64,000 nt of DNA, taken from Treponema sp. GTDB lineage: Bacteria; Spirochaetota; Spirochaetia; Treponematales; Treponemataceae. Position 1 is the first letter of the stretch, and the number at the start of each line of letters is the position of its first letter. The DNA is taken from NCBI GenBank assembly GCA_012519415.1, contig JAAYQG010000079.1:24474-88473 (forward strand). Reading direction: 5' to 3'. Below the pieces are notes generated by a model. The model searched no databases. It was not told where the DNA came from and saw nothing but the letters and a program-made list of their open reading frames with translations. Below are positions 19,773 to 28,718 of the stretch, in pieces. The position numbers were made by a program, and so were the translations under genes.

Positions 19773-21224
19773 ATGATAGAAAGTAATGAAATTCTTGAAT
19801 CTCTTGAATCTAAAGAAAGACCAAGAATTTTTGATGAAACAAAAAAATACAAGAATCTACCAAAAGTTGTAATTGCCGGTCGTCCGAATGTAGGAAAATC
19901 TACTCTTTTTAATAGGCTTTTGCAAAAACGTCGTGCAATAACAGATTCAACACCGGGCGTTACAAGAGATCCGATTGAAGAAGACTGTTTTATAAACGGA
20001 CATCCCGTCCGTCTTATAGACACTGGCGGTTTTAAGCTTGAACGCAAAATCGGTACAGCTGAAGCGATTCTTGATGAACTTGTTGTTGAAAAAACTCTTG
20101 ATTCGCTCAAAAGTGCCGATTTGATTTTGCTCCTGCTTGAAGCCGGTACAATTACGGCAGAAGATGAAGAATTTATCGCATTGCTTAGACCTTACTGGAA
20201 TAAAGTTATAGCTGCTGTAAACAAAACGGAAGGTGGCAGACGAGAAGAAGAAGCGTACAATTTTTATCAATATGGTTTTGATGAACTTATTTTTATAAGT
20301 GCTGAACATGGAGATAGAATCGAAGATCTTTCCGAAATGATTGTAAAAAAACTTGATTTTTCTAAAGTTAAAGAGGGTGAAGAAGAAAAGCGCATCCGCA
20401 TTGCTATTATCGGAAAACCAAACACAGGAAAATCTACTCTTGCAAACAGACTCACTCACAGCACAGCTTCAATTGTAAGCGATTATGCAGGAACAACCCG
20501 AGATTTTGTAGAAAGCGATTTTGACTATCGTGATAAGAAGTTTCATATTATTGATACCGCCGGTATTCGCAAAAAATCAAAAGTACATGAAAATATTGAA
20601 TATTATTCTGTAAATAGAGCTATAAAATCTTTAGATAATGCAGACATAGTATTTCACATAATTGACGCACAAGAAGGTCTTGCAGAACAGGACAAAAAAA
20701 TTGTATCTCTTGCTTACGAGCGCGGACTTGGCGTAATTTTTGTACTGAACAAATGGGACACACAAGAGCAAGGGCGCAAAGCTTTTAAAGCTGCTGAACA
20801 GAACATGAAAATTATGTTTGGTCAGATGAGTTATGCGCCGGTTGTAGCTTTATCCGCACTTGAGGGCAAGGGCATAAAAGACCTTCTTAATACAGCACTC
20901 GAAGTTTATGAACAGCTTACTCGCAGCATTGAAACAGGCATTCTAAACACAGCATTAAACGACTGGGTTCAGACTTATCCGCCGCCAGCAAGTAAAAGTA
21001 GCCAATTTAAAGTCCGCTACATTGTTCAAACAAGCGTAAATCCTGTTAGTTTTTTGCTGTTTTGCACGCGTCCTGAAGTTGTTTCTCAATCTTATTTGAC
21101 TTTCTTAAAAAATCGCATTAGAAATGATTTAGGTTACGATAAAATCCCCATTCAACTTGAACTTAAAGCAAGTCGCAAAAAATGGGAAGCTTATACGAAA
21201 AACCGTAATAATTCACGAGGCTGA
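19773..21224 (+). CDS. der: Ribosome-associated GTPase Der (EngA), two GTPase domains plus KH-like domain
   Basis: Two P-loops, GRPNVGKSTLFNRL and GKPNTGKSTLANRL. DTGG/DTAG and NKWD/NKTE motifs. Confidence 0.9.
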   Translation: MIESNEILESLESKERPRIFDETKKYKNLPKVVIAGRPNVGKSTLFNRLLQKRRAITDSTPGVTRDPIEEDCFINGHPVRLIDTGGFKLERKIGTAEAILDELVVEKTLDSLKSADLILLLLEAGTITAEDEEFIALLRPYWNKVIAAVNKTEGGRREEEAYNFYQYGFDELIFISAEHGDRIEDLSEMIVKKLDFSKVKEGEEEKRIRIAIIGKPNTGKSTLANRLTHSTASIVSDYAGTTRDFVESDFDYRDKKFHIIDTAGIRKKSKVHENIEYYSVNRAIKSLDNADIVFHIIDAQEGLAEQDKKIVSLAYERGLGVIFVLNKWDTQEQGRKAFKAAEQNMKIMFGQMSYAPVVALSALEGKGIKDLLNTALEVYEQLTRSIETGILNTALNDWVQTYPPPASKSSQFKVRYIVQTSVNPVSFLLFCTRPEVVSQSYLTFLKNRIRNDLGYDKIPIQLELKASRKKWEAYTKNRNNSRG

Positions 21225-21227
21225 AAT

Positions 21228-21548
21228 ATGGCAACAATGACGATTGGCGAAGTAGAGCAGCTCACCGGCGTAAAAGCTCATGTGCTTCGCTATTGGGAAG
21301 AGCATATTCCATTTCTTTCGCCACAAAAAGACGGCTTTGGTAGGCGTTTTTATTCTTCTCGTGATATTCAACTGATTTTACGCTTAAAATATTTGGTTGT
21401 TGACCGCAAATTTACAGTAGGAGGAGCAGCCGAACAACTTATTCGAGAAAGTGTAGAATCAGATAATTCAACCCTAAAAGCAGATATAAATCAGTTAAAA
21501 AATGAGCTTATTGATTTATATGTAAAAGTAAAAGCACAAAAGGAATAA
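21228..21548 (+). CDS. MerR-family HTH transcriptional regulator (short)
   Basis: TIGEVEQLTGVKAHVLRYWEE HTH signature and C-terminal coiled coil. Starts 4 nt after the der stop. Confidence 0.7.
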   Translation: MATMTIGEVEQLTGVKAHVLRYWEEHIPFLSPQKDGFGRRFYSSRDIQLILRLKYLVVDRKFTVGGAAEQLIRESVESDNSTLKADINQLKNELIDLYVKVKAQKE

Positions 21549-21555
21549 TAAATCT

Positions 21556-23109
21556 TTGAAGAATAACGAAGAAGTGCCGTTTTATGCGACAGTAGCAAAA
21601 AAATCCGCTAAGAAAAAAGTTTCAAGTGAAAAAAACAAAACCGTCCAAAATTCACAGTCAAATTTTGAGTGCAACCTTAAAACGGAACATTCTTCACAGA
21701 CAAAAAATTCAAATAAAAATTCTATAGAGGAAAAAAGCAATTTTATTCCTCAACAAAAAACGAAAACATTTGAATCGAAAAGCTACTATTATAAAGTTGT
21801 ATCAAATCTTTTTATGCCATTATCCAAAGAAACAGAGGTTTTAATAAACAAATTTGATGATATTATTCAGAGTGTAAACCCTCTTAATAGTCGTCAGCTT
21901 TGTTCGCTTCCTAATAAAATTAGAGAACTTTCGCATGACCTTACAGATACAAGAAAAAGCCGCAGACTAGGTTATATGAATAGCAAAGAAAATCTTTCGG
22001 CATATGTCCGCTATTTTTCATGGTGGAATTTATACAGGCTTTGCAGCATTTTTGAATCATTGAATGCTGATTATTTTTCATTTTTGAAAGATGACGACGT
22101 TATTTTAGACATAGGTTCCGGCCCTCTAACAGCAGTAATTGCTCTTTGGATTTCTCGCCCTGAGCTTAGAAAAAGAAAAATTAATATCATCGCTACAGAT
22201 TTGTCGCATGGTGCACTTTCACTTGGGGAAGAACTTTATCTTGCCGTTGTGGCTCGTTCTTGTTCAGAAAAAGAAACAGCGTGGCGAATCACTCGAATAA
22301 AAGGTGCTTTCGGCATAGAAATAAGGCAAAAAGCGTCATTTGTCATTTGCGCCAATATGTTTAATGAACTTGTACATGATTCAAAAAAAACAATTCGTGT
22401 TGATAATTTCAAAACATCCGTATCTGGCGATATTTCCATCATCAATGCAAAAAACAAAGCGAAGCCTACTCTAAAATCAAACGAGATGTCAAATGCTTTT
22501 TATGGAAATTCACTTATTGAAGAAAATGTAGAAAATTGCAAAAAAAAATTATTATCGTATGTTGATAAAAATGCTGTTTTTTTTGTAGCTGAACCGGGAG
22601 TGCCTTTTGGCGGCAGATTTATTTCTATTCTTAGAAGCAAATTTATTCAAGATAAATTTGCTGTTGATTTTCCATGTACTCATATTAATAATTGTGTTTT
22701 TTCCGGTGCAAAAAATGAAAAATGGTGTCATTTTGTGCGAGATACAAGCGATGCGCCTAAAAGTCTTTTAAAATGCTCCGAGTCAGCCGGATTGCCAAAA
22801 GATAGAGCTTCCATTTCGTTTTTATTTGCAAATTCATTTGTAAATTCAGCTGAAACTGCTAGCGATAAAAACAGCAAAAAAACAACAAAAGATAATCTTG
22901 CTGTTCGTGTTGTTTCCGATGAGATTTTGCTGCCGTTTAATATGCGCGGGCGTTATGGTTGTAGTAAATGGGGTGCTATACTTTTGACTTATAAATCAGC
23001 TAAAAATATAAAGTCTGGTTCTCTTGTACAAATTAATATTAATGAATCTCAAAAAACTTTTTTGCAAAAAGACAAAAAAACAGGGTTTTTAACAATAGAA
23101 CTAAACTAA
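21556..23109 (+). CDS. Rsm22-like SAM-dependent methyltransferase with K/S/N-rich N-terminal extension
   Basis: SAM motif I-like ILDIGSGPLTAV, NMFNEL. Cys cluster FPCTHINNCVF...KWCHF resembles the Rsm22 family CxH...C...WCHF signature. Confidence 0.45.
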   Translation: MKNNEEVPFYATVAKKSAKKKVSSEKNKTVQNSQSNFECNLKTEHSSQTKNSNKNSIEEKSNFIPQQKTKTFESKSYYYKVVSNLFMPLSKETEVLINKFDDIIQSVNPLNSRQLCSLPNKIRELSHDLTDTRKSRRLGYMNSKENLSAYVRYFSWWNLYRLCSIFESLNADYFSFLKDDDVILDIGSGPLTAVIALWISRPELRKRKINIIATDLSHGALSLGEELYLAVVARSCSEKETAWRITRIKGAFGIEIRQKASFVICANMFNELVHDSKKTIRVDNFKTSVSGDISIINAKNKAKPTLKSNEMSNAFYGNSLIEENVENCKKKLLSYVDKNAVFFVAEPGVPFGGRFISILRSKFIQDKFAVDFPCTHINNCVFSGAKNEKWCHFVRDTSDAPKSLLKCSESAGLPKDRASISFLFANSFVNSAETASDKNSKKTTKDNLAVRVVSDEILLPFNMRGRYGCSKWGAILLTYKSAKNIKSGSLVQININESQKTFLQKDKKTGFLTIELN

Positions 23110-23140
23110 ATCTTTTTTTATAAACTATATAACTAAAAAA

Positions 23141-23175
23141 ACGAAACAGATATTTTTAATTATCTGTTTCGTTTT
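23141..23175. terminator. Bidirectional intrinsic terminator between the Rsm22-like gene and the convergent acyl-CoA ligase gene
   Basis: 12-bp stem ACGAAACAGATA / TATCTGTTTCGT, 8-nt loop, A7 tract 5' and T4 tract 3'. Confidence 0.75.
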
Positions 23176-23246
23176 CAGTTTCAGTCTAAAGATAGTTTTC
23201 TAATAAAATATTATTAGGCAGACAAATTTTTGCAGTTGCTAATATT

Positions 23247-25169
23247 TTATTCAAATAACGAATGAATCTCTTTCGCATAAATTTTTTGGATTTTATATCG
23301 CATTATTTCTTGCTTTGCAGAAAGTTCAACGCCGACTTCAAATGGTTTTTCAAGCAACACAAATCTGCTTATTCTTTCAAACAATTTAAAGCCGCTTTTT
23401 GCATTTACAAGATTTTTAATTTCTGTATCATATTTTTTTAGAATTTCCGAATTTGTCAAAAGTTCTTTATATGAGTTACTTTCAATATGATTTTCTTCCG
23501 CAAAACTCAAAAGTTCTTCTTTATTCGGAACAATTAACGCCGCAATATAGCGTTGGTCTTGGCCGTTGCTATCTTGTCCGATAACAACTGCCTGCGAAAC
23601 ATACTGCGATTCTGCAATACGCATTTCGATTGGTAGCGGTTCAATGTTTTCGCCGCCTCTCAAAACTATTGTGTCTTTTTTGCGTCCTCTAAGAGTAATT
23701 TCGCCGTCAAGCGTAATTATTGCTAAGTCGCCTGTATCAAACCAACCGTCTTTATCTATTGCTTTTGCTGTAAGTTCAGGTTTTTTGTAATAACCTTGCA
23801 TTACAATGCCACCTCTTACATGCAGCAAGCCTTTCTTACCGGGCGGCAACTGTTTGCCGTTTTCATCAACAACACGAACTTCTGCACCTCTAATTGGTTT
23901 CCCGACTGTGCCGAAAATCGGGCGGCTGAAAGGACGAACAGAAACAACAGGAGCTGTTTCTGTAAGGCCATATCCTTCAACAACTTTTATTCCAATAGCC
24001 CAGAAAAATTCATCTACAGCAGGAGGCATTGCACCGCCGCCGGAAACACCAGCCTTAAATGCGTTGCCAAGTTTTTTATGAATCTTTTTAAATACAAGTT
24101 TTGTGCCAAGAAGTTTAAGCGGCAAAAGCAAAATATACGGAATAATAAGCAAAATCCAAAAAAGCACAATCGGCTGTTTTCTAAATCTTGCAGTTTTGTT
24201 AAAAAGCAGACGGTCAATTTTTGAAAAAAGGATTGCTGTTTTTACAAAAAAATTGAATAAAATAAGTGTAATGCCGCCTGTTTTGCGCATTGTGCGTAAA
24301 ATGCCATCGTAAATTGCTTCAAAAACACGTGGAACACCCGGCATTATTTGTGGATTTAATTTTACAAAATCTGCAAGCAAAATGCTTCCAATCGGTTTTG
24401 AATAACAAACTGCAGCACCGGCAAAAAGAACAACATATTCGCAAAGTCGCTCAAAAGCATGCCAAACAGGCAAAACACAAATAGCTTTTTCGCCTGTATA
24501 AATATCTATTCTTTCCGGAAGTTCGTCTAATTGTGTGAGAAAATTGCCATGCGTGAGAACAACACCCTTTGGTTCTCCTGTTGTTCCAGATGTAAAAATA
24601 ATTGTAGCAATATCATCCCAAGTGCCTTTTTCAATTTCAGCTTCTACAGCGTTAGGATTCTCCGTCCGCCAGATTTTTCCGGCTTTAATCAACTCTTCAT
24701 AACTATACAATACAATGCCACTTTCCACACAACCTTGCTGAATCTCGTCTGTGGGTTGTTCAATAATAATAAGAGTTGTTATTAAAGGTAGTTTTTGCTT
24801 TAAATTTAAGATTTTCTTTATTTGAGCTTGATTTTCTGCGATTACGGTTTTACATTCAGCAAAATCAAGAATATATGCCAAATCATGTTCTGTAGCATCG
24901 CAACCGCGCGGCACATCAATAGCACCAATAGACAAAAGTCCCATATCTGAAATTGCCCACTCTTGTCTATTATCGCAAATTAAGCCGATATGCTCCCCTC
25001 TGATTATTCCAATAGATAAAAGACCTGCACCAAAATTAAGTGCCGTTTGAAAATAATCCTTGTACAATGTCGGAATAAATTCTTCGTTTTCATTTTTGCT
25101 GTAATGTGATGCAACATCAGGATTTTCTTCTGCAATGCGTTTGAGCAGTTTGGGTAATGTTTGATCCAT
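23247..25169 (-). CDS. Long-chain fatty acid-CoA ligase (AMP-forming acyl-CoA synthetase)
   Basis: AMP-binding motif IIFTSGTTGEPKGVVLTHGN, GYGLTETAP, TGDLA, and the C-terminal RGRKKD region. Confidence 0.8.
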   Translation of the reverse strand: MDQTLPKLLKRIAEENPDVASHYSKNENEEFIPTLYKDYFQTALNFGAGLLSIGIIRGEHIGLICDNRQEWAISDMGLLSIGAIDVPRGCDATEHDLAYILDFAECKTVIAENQAQIKKILNLKQKLPLITTLIIIEQPTDEIQQGCVESGIVLYSYEELIKAGKIWRTENPNAVEAEIEKGTWDDIATIIFTSGTTGEPKGVVLTHGNFLTQLDELPERIDIYTGEKAICVLPVWHAFERLCEYVVLFAGAAVCYSKPIGSILLADFVKLNPQIMPGVPRVFEAIYDGILRTMRKTGGITLILFNFFVKTAILFSKIDRLLFNKTARFRKQPIVLFWILLIIPYILLLPLKLLGTKLVFKKIHKKLGNAFKAGVSGGGAMPPAVDEFFWAIGIKVVEGYGLTETAPVVSVRPFSRPIFGTVGKPIRGAEVRVVDENGKQLPPGKKGLLHVRGGIVMQGYYKKPELTAKAIDKDGWFDTGDLAIITLDGEITLRGRKKDTIVLRGGENIEPLPIEMRIAESQYVSQAVVIGQDSNGQDQRYIAALIVPNKEELLSFAEENHIESNSYKELLTNSEILKKYDTEIKNLVNAKSGFKLFERISRFVLLEKPFEVGVELSAKQEIMRYKIQKIYAKEIHSLFE

Positions 25170-25368
25170 AGATTTTCCCGGTTTTCTATATTTCTGTGAA
25201 TATGCGCAAAGAAATACCTGCGCATATTTTTTTCATGAACAAAGAACAAGAGCTTTAAATTTTGTTATTCAGATTTGAAAACTTAGATGCAAAACAAAAT
25301 CTTTATGTATAAATGACAGATTGTTCATGTTGTGTCATTTTGGACTTTCTAATTATAACGCGAGATTT

Positions 25369-25400
25369 AAAAAAAAACAACACGATTGTTACGCGTTGTT
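25369..25400 (-). terminator. Intrinsic terminator of the YeaQ-like gene
   Basis: On the minus strand: AACAACGCG-UAACAAU-CGUGUUGUU (9 bp, one mismatch) followed by U9. Confidence 0.65.
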
Positions 25401-25432
25401 TTAATTGTTATAAACAGAACAATTCTTTGATG

Positions 25433-25687
25433 TTAAAATTTTTTGCCCAAAATAAGGCGAGCAATTACAATTACGAGGCACGTTCCCAAAATACTAATAA
25501 TCAGTGAAACGATAAGCCCGCCTCCAATATTCAAAGTTCTTGCAATTGCAGCACCAAGAAAAGAACCGATAATTCCAAGCAGACAATTTATCCAAAAACT
25601 ATGCTTGCTTTTCATTAAAAGACCTGCAAGCCATCCTACTAGAGCACCAACTAAAATTGTAATAATTAATGAAACTAATGAAATCAT
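25433..25687 (-). CDS. GlsB/YeaQ/YmgE-family small membrane (transglycosylase-associated) protein
   Basis: 84 aa, three TM helices, GxxxGWLAGLLM and GIIGSFLG motifs. GAGGTG SD 6 nt before ATG 25687; the ORF track starts at GTG 25696, which lies within that SD. Confidence 0.75.
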   Translation of the reverse strand: MISLVSLIITILVGALVGWLAGLLMKSKHSFWINCLLGIIGSFLGAAIARTLNIGGGLIVSLIISILGTCLVIVIARLILGKKF

Positions 25688-25714
25688 ATAATTCACCTCG
25701 TAAAAATTATTTAC

Positions 25715-25734
25715 AGATATTTATATAAATATCT
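25715..25734. promoter_or_regulatory. Perfect 20-bp palindrome AGATATTTATATAAATATCT upstream of the YeaQ-like gene (candidate operator)
   Basis: Read directly; the two 10-nt halves are exact reverse complements. Lies 28-47 nt upstream of ATG 25687. Confidence 0.4.
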
Positions 25735-25854
25735 TACAAAATCGATTATATCACGATTTTTGATTGCGGTGTAAAACAGATTGCAATTCGCACATCTTTA
25801 TCGAGCCAAATATGTTGTATTCGTTTTGCGCATAATTTCCGCCGCCGCAAAATC

Positions 25855-27801
25855 TTATATATCTTTGCATTGCCTTACAATATCTATAATCATATCGCCG
25901 TATCTTTCTGCTTTTACTTCGCCTATGCCGTAGATGTACGTCAGCTGAGAATGCACGACCGGTTTTTTGGCTGCAATATCTTCAAGCGTTTTATCGCCGA
26001 AAATAACATACGGAGGAACCGATGCTTCCTGCGCAAGTTTTTTACGCATTTTTTTTAATTCTTCTAAAATAGCGAAACCTGTTATGTCTGTTCGGTCTAG
26101 AACCGCTTTGCGTGAGCTTTTGTGCGTAGAATTACTGTTTGCCTTTAATGAATTTTGTTGCGCCTCAACGTGAGCCACAAAAGGAAGATATACTTTGCCT
26201 CTATCTTTTAACGTGTCTTTTGCATCATTTGTCAAACTAAGCACTTGATAATCCGAACTCTTTTTTAAAAAACCTTCTTCTATTAATAAGCGCACAAGTT
26301 CATGCCAATCTTGTTTTGAGTATTCCGTGCCGATTCCAAAAACAGAAAGGTTTTGATGTCCATAATCTAAAATTCGCTTTTGTCTTGAGCCCAAAAGCAC
26401 ATCTATTACATATGTTGCACCAAATTTTTCGCCGGTACGAAGAATTGCAGAAAGGAGTTTTTGAACAGGGATTGTAACATCTGTTTTAATGCTTTCGATG
26501 TTATCGCCGGAAGCACAAATGTCGCAGCAATTTTCTGCATCTTTTGGCTCGATAATTTCGCTAATTTCACCAAAGTGAGCAAGAAGAACTGAGCGACGGC
26601 AGGTTCGGCTTTGAGCAAATGATACTATTGATTCAAGCTGTTTTTCCGCAGCATCAAGCTCTGTGCCTGTTTTTTCTTGCATAAAAAACCGAATTTTGTT
26701 TGTGTCGCCTCGACTGTAAAGCAAAAGTGCATGTGCATTTTCTCCATCACGTCCTGCTCGTCCAATTTCTTGGTAATATTGTTCCAAAGATTTCGGTAAA
26801 TCATAATGAATTACAAATCGAACATTCGGCTTGTTTATTCCCATTCCGAATGCAACTGTCGCCACAATAATAGGAACTTCATCTTGAACAAAAAGCCGCT
26901 GATTTTTGGTTCTTTCAAAATCAGAAAGTCCTGCATGATAAGGCAATGTATTATAATCTTGTTCCTGCAAAAATTCCGTAAGTTCATCAGCTTGCTTGCG
27001 CGAAAAACAATAGATTATTCCGCTTTCGCCATCATGTTCTTTTAGAAATTCCAGAACAAGCTCATCTGCTTTTGAAAGCTTAAATTTGGTCGGTTTTTTT
27101 AACAAGCGCTGAATGTTCTGAGTTGAGCCTGTTTTTAATTTGACTTCAAGAAAAATATTCGGTCTGTTGAAGCTTGAAATAAATTCGTTAAATCCGAATG
27201 GTGAATGTTTTGAACCAAGTTTTAAGCTGCGTTTAATATCGTTTCGTACAGTCTTTGTCGCTGTTGCGGTAAGAGCAAGACAAACAGCTTCGGGATGTTG
27301 CAAACGTATAGACGAAATCATTCTATATTCTGGTCTAAAATCGTGCCCCCATTCTGAAATACAGTGAGCTTCGTCAATAGTAATTAGTGAAATATGCACA
27401 TTTTTCAGCAACTGAAGCATTCGTTCTGTAACCAAAGTTTCCGGTGCGCAATAAATTAATTTGACTTTGCCGGTACGCACAAGCGAAATATTTATAGCAT
27501 ATTGGTCTAAAGATAATGAACTGTTCAGAAAAATTGCTTCAATTCCTGCTGCTTCAAGTTGAGAAACTTGATCTTGCATTAAAGATATAAGCGGCGAAAC
27601 AACGATTGTAACGCCCTTAAATACAAGAGATGGAATTTGACAGCATAAAGATTTTCCGACTCCTGTAGGCATTACAGCTAATGTGTCGTTGTTTGAAAGC
27701 ACCGATTCAATTACTTGAAGCTGACCTGGACGAAAGCTTGTGTAACCGAAATGCTTTTTGAGCAATGTTTTTAAGGATTTTTCAGAAAAATTCCTGTGCA
27801 T
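25855..27801 (-). CDS. recQ: ATP-dependent DNA helicase RecQ (helicase core, RQC, HRDC)
   Basis: FGYTSFRPGQ, MPTGVGKSLCCQIP, DEAHCISEWGHDFRPEY, TATA, VATVAFGMGINKPNVRFVIHYDLP, YYQEIGRAGRDG. Zn-binding Cys cluster and a C-terminal HRDC-like segment. Confidence 0.92.
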   Translation of the reverse strand: MHRNFSEKSLKTLLKKHFGYTSFRPGQLQVIESVLSNNDTLAVMPTGVGKSLCCQIPSLVFKGVTIVVSPLISLMQDQVSQLEAAGIEAIFLNSSLSLDQYAINISLVRTGKVKLIYCAPETLVTERMLQLLKNVHISLITIDEAHCISEWGHDFRPEYRMISSIRLQHPEAVCLALTATATKTVRNDIKRSLKLGSKHSPFGFNEFISSFNRPNIFLEVKLKTGSTQNIQRLLKKPTKFKLSKADELVLEFLKEHDGESGIIYCFSRKQADELTEFLQEQDYNTLPYHAGLSDFERTKNQRLFVQDEVPIIVATVAFGMGINKPNVRFVIHYDLPKSLEQYYQEIGRAGRDGENAHALLLYSRGDTNKIRFFMQEKTGTELDAAEKQLESIVSFAQSRTCRRSVLLAHFGEISEIIEPKDAENCCDICASGDNIESIKTDVTIPVQKLLSAILRTGEKFGATYVIDVLLGSRQKRILDYGHQNLSVFGIGTEYSKQDWHELVRLLIEEGFLKKSSDYQVLSLTNDAKDTLKDRGKVYLPFVAHVEAQQNSLKANSNSTHKSSRKAVLDRTDITGFAILEELKKMRKKLAQEASVPPYVIFGDKTLEDIAAKKPVVHSQLTYIYGIGEVKAERYGDMIIDIVRQCKDI

Positions 27802-27807
27802 TTTTTA

Positions 27808-27836
27808 AGGGTAGTTTATTTATTAAATCTTGTCAA
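27808..27836 (-). promoter_or_regulatory. sigma70-type promoter of recQ: TTGACA-17 nt-TACCCT, ATG 27801 follows 6 nt after the -10 (leaderless candidate)
   Basis: Reverse complement of 27831-27836 is TTGACA and of 27808-27813 is TACCCT. No SD. Confidence 0.55.
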
Positions 27837-27898
27837 AGAAAAGGAGAACAATGTTTTACTTGCATACCAGTGTATTAAGTGTTTTTCTTTTGAATATA

Positions 27899-27927
27899 TT
27901 GCACTTATTACGGTTTTTTGTCATACT
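27899..27927 (+). promoter_or_regulatory. sigma70-type promoter of the SLT-domain gene: TTGCAC-17 nt-CATACT, ATG 27935 follows 7 nt after the -10 (leaderless candidate)
   Basis: -35 at 27899-27904, -10 at 27922-27927. Confidence 0.55.
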
Positions 27928-27934
27928 CTCCTGC

Positions 27935-28711
27935 ATGATGTCGATATACAAAACTTTTTCAAAAAAAATGATGAAAGCTGCAGTAAATCGCAACTTCTTG
28001 AAATTTTTGCTTTATATTTTTGTTTTTGCTTTTCTTACATTAACTATCATCACAAAATTGCAGCCGGTTTTTTCATCAAAAAATGCAAATGAAATTATTC
28101 CCCTAGAACCGGCTGTGGAAGTTGCTCCAGCTGTAGATCCTGCTGATTTTCAGAGAATTGCAGTAGGTCATGCAAAAAAAACGGACATTGGCCTTTCTCT
28201 TTATCGTGATGAATCTTCAAAAGCTGATGTTGTATGGTTTTATACTCATGTAACTGGCAGCGAAACAGTAACACAAGCAATTCTTACAAATGCAGACAAA
28301 AACAATATTCCTCTTTCTCTTGCATTTGCGCTCGCTTATGTAGAAAGCCGCTATAAAACCCGCGCTGTTAATTATAACAAAAATTCAACGATAGACCGTG
28401 GGCTTTTCCAGCTGAACAGCTCATCGTTTTCAAAGCTTTCGGAAGAAGAATGCTTTAACCCTGAAATTAATGCAAAATACGGGCTTACTCACTTGCGCTT
28501 TTGTTTTGATACAGCCGGAAACGAAGTTGCAGCACTTGCTATGTACAACGCAGGAACTGTAAAAGTTAAATCCGGCTCAACACCGCAGATGACACTAAAT
28601 TATGTTTCAAAGATTATGGATTACCGTGATGGACTTGACTCTTTGTTTGAACAAGAAATTGTTGCAAAAATTGAAAACAAGCAGTTTGTTCATGTTGCAG
28701 TTTTAAAATAA
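27935..28711 (+). CDS. Membrane-anchored lytic transglycosylase (SLT domain)
   Basis: LAYVESRYKTRAVNYN, DRGLFQLNS, AMYNAG motifs. One TM helix. The start is moved from 27830 to 27935 because a sigma70-type promoter (27899-27927) lies inside the longer ORF. Confidence 0.7.
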   Translation: MMSIYKTFSKKMMKAAVNRNFLKFLLYIFVFAFLTLTIITKLQPVFSSKNANEIIPLEPAVEVAPAVDPADFQRIAVGHAKKTDIGLSLYRDESSKADVVWFYTHVTGSETVTQAILTNADKNNIPLSLAFALAYVESRYKTRAVNYNKNSTIDRGLFQLNSSSFSKLSEEECFNPEINAKYGLTHLRFCFDTAGNEVAALAMYNAGTVKVKSGSTPQMTLNYVSKIMDYRDGLDSLFEQEIVAKIENKQFVHVAVLK

Positions 28712-28718
28712 TCAATTT

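Noticed and set aside
19947-20459. 170-aa minus-strand ORF, plus other long antisense ORFs (15918-16322, 16425-16781, 23796-24224, 32729-33124, 45633-45983, 19407-19772, 19766-20110)
   Set aside because: Each is nested opposite a confidently identified gene (der, serA, acyl-CoA ligase, malQ, ptsI). None has a recognisable motif, SD or promoter geometry.
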